Below are positions 37,559-48,003 of a stretch of DNA of 64,000 nucleotides, piece by piece (the stretch's first letter is position 1; the number at the start of each line of letters is the position of its first letter). Source of the DNA: Puccinia triticina (lineage: Eukaryota). The notes beneath the pieces are model-generated. The model ran no database searches. It was not told the DNA's origin and worked only from the letters and a program-made list of their open reading frames with translations. Made by a program: the position numbers and the translations under genes. The stretch lies in NCBI GenBank assembly GCA_026914245.1, contig CP110440.1, positions 992,001-1,056,000 of the forward strand, given 5' to 3'.

Positions 37559-40500
37559 CCAAATATCACTACTTTTGTAGTTTCTTGGTGTTTCTGCCAC
37601 TATATCTCATCACAGTGTGGGAATTCTTCTGCCATATGGTTATCAAAATGTTTAAATGCCCCCAAACATTCTTCGTGTACCTTTACTCACCACAAAACCA
37701 CCAAATGTAGCAACTACAGTCTGATCAGTTCACAAATATCACTACTTTGGTAGTTTCTTGGTGTTTCTGCCACTATATCTCATCCCAGTGTGGGAATCCT
37801 TCTGCCATATGGTTACCAAAATGTTTACAGGCCCCCAAGGATTCATTATGGACCTTAAGTCACCACAAGATCGCCAAACGTAGCAGCTACAGTCTGATCA
37901 GTTCCCAAATATCACAACTTTGGTAGTTTCTTGGTGTTTCCGCCACTATATCTCATCCCAGTGTGGGAATCCTTCTGCCACGTGGTTAGCAAAATGTTAA
38001 GAGGCCCCAAAAGTTTCATTATGTACCTTGATTGACCACAAAACCCCCAAATGTAGCAGCTACAGTCTGATCGGTTCACAAATATCCCTACTTTGGTAGT
38101 TTTTTGGTGTTTCTGCCACTATATCTCATCCCAGCGTGGGAATCCTTCTGCCATATGGTTACCAAAATGTTTACAGGCCCCCAATGATTCATTATGTACC
38201 TTTGATGACCACACAACCTCCAAATGTAGCAGCTACAGTCTGATCAGTTCCCATATATAACAACTTTGGTAGTTTCTTGGTGTTTCTGCTAGTATATCTC
38301 ATCCCAGCGTAGGAATCCTTCTGCCATATGGTTACCAAAATCCTGGCAGGCCCCCAAAGATTCATGATGTACCTTTAGTCACCACAAAACCCCCAAATGT
38401 AGCAGCTACAGTCTGATCAGTTCCCAAATATCACTACTTTGGTAGTTTCTTGGTGTTTCTGCCACTATATTTCATCCCAGCGTGGGAATCCTTCTGACAT
38501 AGGGTTACCAAAATTTTGACAGGCCCCCAAAGATTCATCATGTACCTTTAGTCACCACAAAACCCCCAAATGTAGCAGCTACAGTCTGATCTGTTCCCAA
38601 ATATCACTACTTTGGTAGTTTCTGGGTGTTTCTGCCACTATATGTCATCCCAGCGTGGGAATCCTTCTGCCATATGGTTACCAAAATGTTTACAGGCCCC
38701 CAATGATTCATTATGGACCTTAAGTCACCACAAGACCCCCAAATGTAGCAGCTACAGTCTGATCAGTTCCCAAATATCACTACTTTGGTAGTTTCTTGGT
38801 GTTTCTGCCATTATATTTCATCCCAGCGTGGGAATCCTTCTGACATATGGTTACCAAAATGGTGGCAGACCCACAAAGATTCATTATGTACTTTAGTCAC
38901 CACAAAACCCTGAAACGTAGCAGCTACAGTCTGATCAGTTCCCAAATATCACTACTTTGGTAGTTTCTTGGTGTCTCTGCCACTATATCGCATCCCAGCG
39001 TGGGAATCCTTCTGACGTATGGTTACCAAAATGATTACAGGCCCCCAAGGATTCATTATGGACCTTAAGTCACCACAAGACCGCAAAATGTAGCAGCTAC
39101 AGTCTGATCAGTTCCCAAATATCACTCCTTTGGTAGTTCCTTGGTGTTTCTGCGACTATATATCATCCCAGTGTGGGAATCCTTCTGCCACATGGTTAGA
39201 AAAATGTCAAAAGGCCCCCAAAGTTTCATTATGTACCTTTACTGACCACAAAAACCCCAAATGTAGCAGCTACAGTCTGATCAGTTTGGAAATATCCCTA
39301 CTTTGGTAGTTTCTTGGTGTTTCTGCCACTATATCTCATCCCAGCGTGGGGATCCTTCTGACATAGGGTTACCAAAATTTTGACAGGCCCCCAAAGATTC
39401 ATCATGTACCTTTAGTCACCACAAAACCCCCAAATGTAGCAGCTACAGTCTGATCTGTTCCCAAATATCACTACTTTGGTAGTTTCTGGGTGTTTCTGCC
39501 ACTATATGTCATCCCAGCGTGGGAATCCTTCTGCCATATGGTTACCAAAATGTTTACAGGCCCCCAATGATTCATTATGGACCTTAAGTCACCACAAGAC
39601 CCCCAAACGTTGAGAAAAACCAGATGACAGCTGTGAGCTAAGGAGGCCTTAATGGGAGGCCGACGGGACACGAAGGAAGAGGAGAGAAACGACTAAGCAC
39701 CTGAGAAACACCAGATGACAGCTGTGAGCTAAGGAGGCCTTAATGGGAGGCCGACGGGACACGAAGGAAGAGGAGAGAAACGACTAAGCACCTATTGAGG
39801 TGCGAGGAGATGATCAACAAGATGAGTGAGTTCATTGCATGATGAGCAAAACAGCAAAGAGAGAGAAAACAGAAAGGGAAGAGAAACTAAACCTGAGAAA
39901 CACCAGATGACAGCTGTGAGCTAAGGAGGCCTTAATGGGAGGCCAACGGGACACGAAGGAAGAGGAGAGAAACGACTAAGCACCTATTGAGGTGCGAGGA
40001 GATGATCGACAAGATGAGTGAAGAAAAAGAAGAAGAAGAGAAGCGGAAATACAACGGGAGCTAATCTAGATACAGCGACTGAAACCTAAACCTAAGCTAC
40101 TCATGAACAACGTTGTGACCGATTCCCTCCTCACCCGCCTTGCCGCAGCATCCACCTAACCCCTTTCTGGCCTTGAACGCTACAAATGTAGCAGCTACAG
40201 TCTGATCGGTTCCCAAATATCACTACTTTGGTAGTTTCTGGATGTTTCTTGCACTATATCTCATCCCAGCGTGGGAATACTTCTGCCATATGGTTACCAA
40301 AATGTTCACAGGCCCCCAAAGATTCATTTTGTACCTTTAGTCACCACAAAACCACCAACTGTAGCAGCTACAGTCTGATCAGTCCCCAAACATCACTACT
40401 TTGGTAGTTTCTGGGTGTTTCTGCCACTATATCTCATCCCAGTGTGGGAATCCTTCTGCCAGATGGTTACCAAAATGTTTAGAAGCCCCCAATGATTCAT

Positions 40501-41559
40501 TATGGACCTTAAGTCACCACAAGACCCCCAAATGTAGCAGCTACAGTCTGATCAGTTCCCAAATATCACTCCTTTGGTAGTTTCTTGGTGTTTCTGCAAC
40601 TATATCTCATCCCAGTGTGGGAATCCTTCTGCCACATGGTTAGAAAAATGTCAAGAGGCCCCCAAAGTTTCATTATGTACCTTTACTGACCACAAAAACC
40701 CCAAATGTAGCAGCTACAGTCTGATCAGTTTGGAAATATCCCTACTTTGGTAGTTTCTTGGTGTTTCTGCCACTATATCTCATCCCAGCATTGGAATCCT
40801 TCTGCCATATGGTTACCAAAACCTTTACAGGCCCCCAAATATTCATAATGTACCTTTAATGACCACAAAACCCCCAAATGTAGCAGCTACAGTCTGATCT
40901 GTTCCCAAATATCACTACTTTGGTAGTTTCTGGGTGTTTCTGCCACTATATCTCATCCCAGCGTGGGAATCCTTCTGCCATATGGGTACCAAAATGTTTA
41001 CGGGCCCCCAAGGATTCATTATGGACCTTAAGTCACCACAAGACCCCCAAATGTAGCAGCTACAGTCTGATCAGTTCCCAAATATCACTACTTTGGTGTT
41101 TCTTGGTGTTTCTGCCACTATATTTCATCCCAGTGTGGGAATCCTTCTGAAATATGGTTACCAAAATGTTGGTAGACCCCCAAAGATTCATTATGTACTT
41201 TAGTCACCACAAAACCCTGAAATGTAGCAGCTACAGTCTGATCAGTTCCCAAATATCACTACTTTGGTAGTTTCTTGGTGTTTCTGCCACTATATCTCAT
41301 CCCAGCGTGGGAATCCTTCTGCCATAGGGTTACCAAAATGTTTACGGGCCCCCAAGGATTCATTATGGACCTTAAGTCACCACAAGACCCCCAAATGTAG
41401 CAGCTACAGTCTGATCAGTTCCCAAGTATCACTACTTTGGTATTTTCTTGGTGTTTCTGCCACCATATTTCATCCCAGCGTGGGAATCCTTCTGACATAT
41501 GGTTACCAAAATGTTGACAGGCCCCCAAAGATTTATTATGTACCTTTAGTCACCAGAAA
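37559..41559 (+). repeat. 173-bp satellite, block 1 (~20 monomers, interrupted by a solo LTR)
   Basis: GCAGCTACAGTCTG recurs at 37883, 38056, 38229, 38402 and 38575 (period 173). Confidence 0.97.
39611..40184 (-). mobile_element. Solo LTR, 574 bp, inserted in the satellite
   Basis: TG...CA ends; TSD AACGT/AATGT (one CpG transition); three internal ~91-bp direct repeats. Confidence 0.85.
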
Positions 41560-44146
41560 TCCATTCCACTTGCTGGGCATTCCTATAATAAGTGGCCGGT
41601 GGTTTGACCACCTGATTCATCAAGGTTGTAAGGAACCTGAAATTTATCTAGCATTTCTTTGAGCAAATCCGGGAACTATTGCGGTAATTCCCCAAGTTTG
41701 CCCGGTACGGGCTGAGGGGAGTTAGCCTCTTCCTTTTCTGCTCTCTGTCCTAAGGACTCCGCGGTTTAAAGTCTCTTTAACCGGTAAGAGGAGATCAGGT
41801 TGGAGGAGTGTTCTGTTTCTCTCTCCAGTAGGCTTAACTCAACAAGGTATCTAGTCTCCTGCTTCAGCAGAAAACCTCCTCGAGGTCGGAGCCCGCACCC
41901 GTAACTCAGGTTGGCCTGAGCCAGGCTTCGGACCGGACCATTCCCTCAGCTGTACTCTCCCTACGTCATCATTTCATTGCATGATCTCATGTGGGTTCTA
42001 GGATTCTACTTGTGTGATTAGATCTTCTAGGTCCCGTGGTACCGGTATGATCATTTGGTCCCTGCTTCTGTGTCCTTCTCGGACACCTCTTGACAATGCG
42101 TCCGCTCTGTTTTCCGCTGAGGTAACGCGCTTTGCCACGAGATCTATCTGGTGTTCAATTAACATTTTTTGGATTGTTTTCCATTCTGCGTTAACGAACC
42201 TATCTCCTGATTTCCTTTTCTGTATCACCAATTTGGTTGTGGAGTTGTCCGTCCACACAATAAAGCATTTGCTCTTTCTCGCCCCGATCTTGATCAGCAT
42301 CAATAGACCGAGCCTTACCGCGATGGTTTCCAGCCTCGAAATCCTCTCTTTCTCCGTTTTCTCTATTAGTCCTTCTTCCAACTTCTCTATTGATCGCAGG
42401 CGGAATTGGGCCCACTTCCGGCCTACCAGCACGCCTATGCCGAAGCTGGTGGACGCGTCACCCACCCACCCAACTTCCGTCGGGTTTGGGTTTGAAATTA
42501 ATCTGGTTGCGTCGAAGTTGAGCAAGGTTGACAGCCATTCATGTAGGTCTTCGTCAACATCGTCTGGGACCGGGCGGCTTTTCCGTTGGTCAAACCACTC
42601 CATAAGCCATTTATAGAGGCTACAGAGGTAGCAGCGGAGTTGAGGAAGTGCATATGAGACGTGGTTGAGCCTCCCAGTCAGTATCTCGACCTCGCCGTAT
42701 TTGAATTTTGCACCCCATTAGAGGAAAACTCTGATTTGCTCTATCCGTGCCTTGAGTTTGTCGTCTGGGAGCCGCACTGTCTTGTGGAGGCCGTTCCAAA
42801 TAAAACCCACGTATTTCTGCTCTGCTAGAAAGGGTGCCTATTTCTCGTTGTTTGTCTTCACACCTAACTGATCTGATCGTTTCACTACGTCTTCCATTTT
42901 TACGGTTGATCTGACGTCTTTGACGAATAAGTTGTCGTCAACCCAACGGAAGATTGTAATGATGTCAAATTCTTTCATCATTATATGTTCCCATGCGTCC
43001 GCTGGCCGGCCAAAGGATCCGCAACCCCCTACACCGCCAAAGGGAATCCGTGTGTCAAGAAGTATCTTGTCTTCAAATGTTTTTACCATCAAATAAGGCC
43101 ACTGGTCAGGTGCCGTTGGAATTTGCCGGTAGGCTTTTTCCCAGTCAAAAATGGCCAACAATACCGGTTGTGATAACTCTCGCATGAAGTTCACAACTGT
43201 ATTGAAGTCGTCTCAGGTAGTTGTGAAATCCTCTGCGCTTACAAAGGAGTTTACTGATGGTATTCCACGCTTGTCGTGTGGGAATGATAAATCGTTAATC
43301 AGCCGTAATGATCCGTAACCGTTGATCACCGCGCCTAGTGGGCTGGTGCGGAAGAATTTGAAATGTTTGTTTACTTCTTCATGGGTGAATGGGCCGTTGT
43401 GGTGGTCAAACTGGTACAGGGCCTCAAGATCAAGATTTCAAGATTTTAGATCACTCATCAGAAAATCCTCAAGAGAAGAATTATCCAGCCTCTCAAGATC
43501 CTCAAGATTCATCCTCAAGATGATCCCCTCCCTCACTTTCTCACTTCCTCAAGATTCTAAATCCCTCCCAGATTCTTTCTTTTCCTTTCTTGGTCCTAAA
43601 ACATGAGTCATGTGGGTTTTATTTTGTTTCTTTTGTCTTGTTTTGTTTTCTTTTTTTAGATTCTTTATTATTTGATTGTGTGTTTCTTTTCTTCATTATT
43701 CTCATTGGTGTTGCTTTATCTTTGACTGTTGTGGTGTTTTCTTCTCTTTTCCTGTTTGATGTTTGTAGTTAGGGATGTGATGACATGTCCTGTGACATGT
43801 CACTCCCCAGAGTCCAAGTTCGAGTTCAAACTTGGAGGATGGGACGGCATGGGACTTGCTCGGATCCAAGAGAAATTCCATCACCCTTTTCTGATCCGCT
43901 GGCAGTATCCCCAGCACTATTCTTGATCCTTTATCTCTGATCCTGATCCCTTATCATCATCTGATCCTTAACAAACCAACCACCGCCGACGGTATTCCAT
44001 CCCCGTCGTCTCTCAAAAATCCCCCCCCAACGCTATCACTTTCTGATCCTCATTGCTCTTCATCCGGACCACCACGAGGGCAGCCTCAACAGCACCTTTC
44101 CCCTCGACGCTCTGCCTACCGCCTGGCACGGTAGGAGTTCCACATT

Positions 44147-44197
44147 TGGTCCCCCGAGCCGGGATCGAACCAGCGACCTCAAGATTTACAGTCTCGC
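44147..44197 (+). promoter_or_regulatory. Extended tRNA-Tyr primer-binding site of C
   Basis: TGGTCCCCCGAGCCGGGATCGAACCAGCGACCTCAAGATTTACAGTCTCGC, identical to the 51-mer of B. Confidence 0.9.
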
Positions 44198-44514
44198 CCT
44201 GGCGGATTTTGAGACGATCGGCGGTTTTGAGGCGCTCTCTCTTTGGAATCAACCTTCTTGCAAATTTTCCCTGGCTTTTGCGGATCTGGTTTTCTTTTCC
44301 CCTTTTTCTTTTTCGGACGACCGTTCTTGTTGTTGTTGGCGCTTGGAGTCTTTGTTTCGCGGAGGTTTGGAGAGATACAAGTAAGTTCTCTCCATAGTTG
44401 CACCTCCAGGGTATCTCTACACGTCGTCAAAGCATCACTTTAGCCACATGCGTGAGCCCCTTGGATCCGTTGCTTTTTTTTTGGATATCTAGTGCTCGAC
44501 CAATCAAAATTATC

Positions 44515-47500
44515 ATGTCGGATGTTCGGCGGCCAGCTCGGATGGTTAAAATAGAGAATGAAGATCGAGACCTTGTATTTGACGGAACGGACGTGGAGAT
44601 TTTTCTCAAGGCATATGAAACGGCGGCCAAAGAAGACGGTGCATCGGACTTCGACATGGCCTATCAATTCCGCTTCTTTATTGGATCACACGATGTTCGT
44701 GACATTGCTCAGACGCTGAACGGCTTTGAATCAAACGACTGGACAAGGCTAAAAGCATCAATCTTAACGTACTGGGGCCGAGTCAAAGTTCCCCAGTTCA
44801 CTCTTCAAGATCTTGCCGATTTACTTCAGTCATGGATGGCGAAGGAGGGCACCTTTTCTGCTCAGGATTATGAAGAATTTCGTCAATCTTGGGACCCAAT
44901 CGTTTCTTGTGTACTCAGCAACGAACCCATCCAAACAGTCGACGGGATCTCCGAGATGATTAAGTCCTTCGAACAGCGGTTGGAGAGGAAATTCAGTCTT
45001 CAGCCGTCCCTAGTCATTCCACCAACTACGAAGCCGCCCTTGATTTGTTACTATTGTCATCAAGAAGAGCACAGTATGGCTCGTTGTCGGGAACTCCAGA
45101 AGGAAAAAAATGATCACCTAGTTGAACAGCGTGGACGCGAATTCCGGCTTCCGAATGGCACGATCATTCCTTTCGACTCAAATCGACCTATTCGTCAGGC
45201 TGTCACTTCTTTCCAGCCCTCACTACCCTCTGTACAGTTTCAGTCTACAACTTTGCTCACCAGTCCGTACGAAGAAGACCGGGACGGCGAGCAGGAAATT
45301 TTAGATTGTTCAATCAATGATCAAAGTCAAGCAGATGAAGATCCCGAGGCTTTTGAGCATCTTCTCATCTCTTTTAATCAGGTCGCATCCCCGCCTCTTG
45401 CCGAAAAATTTCAATCTGATCCCTCCCTGCAAGGGCGACATGAAAATCGCCAGTCTTCCGATCATCTCCCTCTGACTTGTCCACCGGGTCTTAGTCCTGC
45501 TATGGAGCCCGCGCGTACTGCAATCCCTGATTCGGAAGAAGAAGATATTACCGCTGATCCCGAGCTTTTCAAGCAACCAACTGAAGAGGCAAGTCATCAT
45601 GAAGCCCCTCAGTCGGAATCCAAATTGTCACCGGAGCCTTCTGATCAATCGCCTGTCAAGCCTGAGCCTTCTCTACTGAATTCCATCCCGTTGCCTGCGA
45701 ATCTGGACAGCAAACTTGAAATCCTCTCTGATTCCCATTTTGTGTATCCTCTGGACTCCAACTCGTCGATGATAGCCCCGTCAGCCAGTGAAGGAATTAA
45801 AATTGCTGATGGTGGGGAGATACTCATCTCCCCAGATCCTTCTGAGCCCCTAATGGAAGTTCTGTATCATCATACTATCTTTTATGATCATCTGTCCAAT
45901 CATCAGAAGCTGTGGAGCGTTACTCGAGACAAGAGCAAGATTTCAATCCCCCTCGATCCTTTACCTCATTACAATCTTTTCAATCCTCACGTTGGCTTCG
46001 ACGCGGACTTCAATTCCCGTGCCTTCTTTGGCCTTGAGATCTCAGGCGGCAAGGCAGATCCTAATTTCGCGCAGAAGCGAACAGGAGTAGTCTTCAATCA
46101 ACTCCCGATATCTGAAGATCGCCTCCGAAATGAGGGTAAACTACCGGTACTTCAGTTGGAGCATGGTCGAGGGGGTTTCATTTTGGTGGAGGCAGAGGGA
46201 CTAGAAGTAAGTTCTCTCCTTAGTATGCGCCTCCGGGTAGATATCCACCTCGTTGTCAAAACCCTACGTCCTGCCACTATCGTGAGCCATACGCGGTCGC
46301 CCTTCTACTCTTTCAGTTCAGTTTTATTACGGCCGATTATCTTCGATCGTCATAGAAGGATTGTGCGGGCTTTCCGTCGTCAGGTTGACAGCCGGCTGGA
46401 AGCGTCAAAGGACCCATCCGGTTTTGATCTCAAATTTTCTGATCTTACCGAGCTTCAAAGCGAGATTTTCAACTCTCAAATACCTCTGGTTTTTGCGCTT
46501 CAAGGTGCTCAAGACCATTTGAATCACCCATTATCATCCTCTCAAAACGGAAATCTCAATTCTCATATCGGTTCTGATGCGCGCGCCAATCCCAGCGTTT
46601 CCTTTTGCCTTGTGATCTCGGGTGGAATGGCGGATCTGAGTTTCGCGTGGAGTCAAACTGGAGTAGGCTCCAATCAAATCCTGACATCCGAAGATCGTCT
46701 CCGCAATGAGGGTAAACTACTACCTCTTCGATTGGAGCGAGGGCAGGGAGTCTGCGGGAAAATCTCTGGACGTATTGGACCAATCATCAAATTCGGGATA
46801 GGTTCTGCGGGCATTAAGCCTTTGGCGGCACCATGCTCTGCCATTGGTTTTCATCCGATCACTTTGGAACTTTTTGTTATTGCGGAGGCGAGCCAGACTG
46901 AAAGTAAGTCCTCCCTCCATAGTATGCACCCCAGGGTAGATGCCACCCAAGTCGTCAAAACCCTACAATCTGCCACTCTCGTGAGCCACACCCTGTCGCC
47001 TCTTGCTGTTTCCAGGTTGGCCGCGATAATACCGACCGTCATCCATCGTTGGAGCGGGACCAGATCTTGTTTGATTCACCTCAAAAGGCACGCCAAGTGG
47101 GTTCGGGAGCTGCGCCTGACGAGGGAACGCTCAGCTGTTCAATGTCATCAAGTTGCTAGCTTGGATCTTGGCCGACCTATCGGTCTCATCAACGTTTCTT
47201 TCCGGTCACCACAAACTTCCTTTGAATCCAAGGAGGATTTTGGTTTTCACTCTTGGGATGCTCCCGCTGTCATATCACGATCTCTTAATGAAGGCCATCA
47301 TCAATCTGAATTCTATCCAAGTCAACATGAAGATATCGCATCCTACGGGTCTCCTGAAGAAAGGTGTTGGTCTTGCGACGTCGACTCAAGCATATTCAGC
47401 ACCCTAGATTTCGGTTCTGATCCTCGACTCCTAGCTAGGTCTTTGGGCGTAGCTCTCTCTCCGGATCTTAGTCGATCTTGGTTCAAGCATTCGGATTATC

Positions 47501-48003
47501 AAATCATTCAGGTCAACATGAAACTCAATCCCAATCAACTTCTCACACCCAAGGCAAGCCTCCGAGATGAGGTTAAACTATCTTCACCGTCTCCGATCCG
47601 CCTCCGAGATGAGGTTAAACTAGCTTCCCGATCCTCCTCTGATTCCACCAATCAACAACCTTTCTTTCAAACTCAGATCCGTCTCCGCAATGAGAATAAA
47701 CTAGCCGATCCTGATCCGGCTTCTGATTCTGATCCTGCAGAATGTCTCTGCTCTCCTCAAGTCCACCTCCGCAATGAGGGTAAACTAGTTCCGCGTTGTT
47801 TGGGTTTTCTGCGGAGGCATAGGAGTATAAAAGAATGCGTGGCGCAGTCTAGGGACAGACTGCAAATGGTGGGTGGATGTGGTGGTCAAACTGGTACAGG
47901 GCCTCAAGATCAAGATTTCAAGATTTTAGATCACTCATCAGAAAATCCTCAAGAGAAGAATTATCCAGCCTCTCAAGATCCTCAAGATTCATCCTCAAGA
48001 TGA
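44515..48003 (+). CDS. gag: Gag-like protein with a long extension lacking PR/RT/IN motifs (~1160 aa)
   Basis: N-terminus homologous to A/B Gag (FDGTDVEIFLKAYETAAKEDGASD, CYYCHQEEHSMARC, FRLPNGTIIPFDSNRPIR); the frame runs on into the 3' LTR. Confidence 0.75.
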   Translation: MSDVRRPARMVKIENEDRDLVFDGTDVEIFLKAYETAAKEDGASDFDMAYQFRFFIGSHDVRDIAQTLNGFESNDWTRLKASILTYWGRVKVPQFTLQDLADLLQSWMAKEGTFSAQDYEEFRQSWDPIVSCVLSNEPIQTVDGISEMIKSFEQRLERKFSLQPSLVIPPTTKPPLICYYCHQEEHSMARCRELQKEKNDHLVEQRGREFRLPNGTIIPFDSNRPIRQAVTSFQPSLPSVQFQSTTLLTSPYEEDRDGEQEILDCSINDQSQADEDPEAFEHLLISFNQVASPPLAEKFQSDPSLQGRHENRQSSDHLPLTCPPGLSPAMEPARTAIPDSEEEDITADPELFKQPTEEASHHEAPQSESKLSPEPSDQSPVKPEPSLLNSIPLPANLDSKLEILSDSHFVYPLDSNSSMIAPSASEGIKIADGGEILISPDPSEPLMEVLYHHTIFYDHLSNHQKLWSVTRDKSKISIPLDPLPHYNLFNPHVGFDADFNSRAFFGLEISGGKADPNFAQKRTGVVFNQLPISEDRLRNEGKLPVLQLEHGRGGFILVEAEGLEVSSLLSMRLRVDIHLVVKTLRPATIVSHTRSPFYSFSSVLLRPIIFDRHRRIVRAFRRQVDSRLEASKDPSGFDLKFSDLTELQSEIFNSQIPLVFALQGAQDHLNHPLSSSQNGNLNSHIGSDARANPSVSFCLVISGGMADLSFAWSQTGVGSNQILTSEDRLRNEGKLLPLRLERGQGVCGKISGRIGPIIKFGIGSAGIKPLAAPCSAIGFHPITLELFVIAEASQTESKSSLHSMHPRVDATQVVKTLQSATLVSHTLSPLAVSRLAAIIPTVIHRWSGTRSCLIHLKRHAKWVRELRLTRERSAVQCHQVASLDLGRPIGLINVSFRSPQTSFESKEDFGFHSWDAPAVISRSLNEGHHQSEFYPSQHEDIASYGSPEERCWSCDVDSSIFSTLDFGSDPRLLARSLGVALSPDLSRSWFKHSDYQIIQVNMKLNPNQLLTPKASLRDEVKLSSPSPIRLRDEVKLASRSSSDSTNQQPFFQTQIRLRNENKLADPDPASDSDPAECLCSPQVHLRNEGKLVPRCLGFLRRHRSIKECVAQSRDRLQMVGGCGGQTGTGPQDQDFKILDHSSENPQEKNYPASQDPQDSSSR

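Noticed and set aside
41561..41662. Tyrosine recombinase C-terminus (LLGIPIISGRWFDH) on the plus strand
   Set aside because: Only a GRW resemblance; the spacing is wrong and the catalytic Tyr context is missing.
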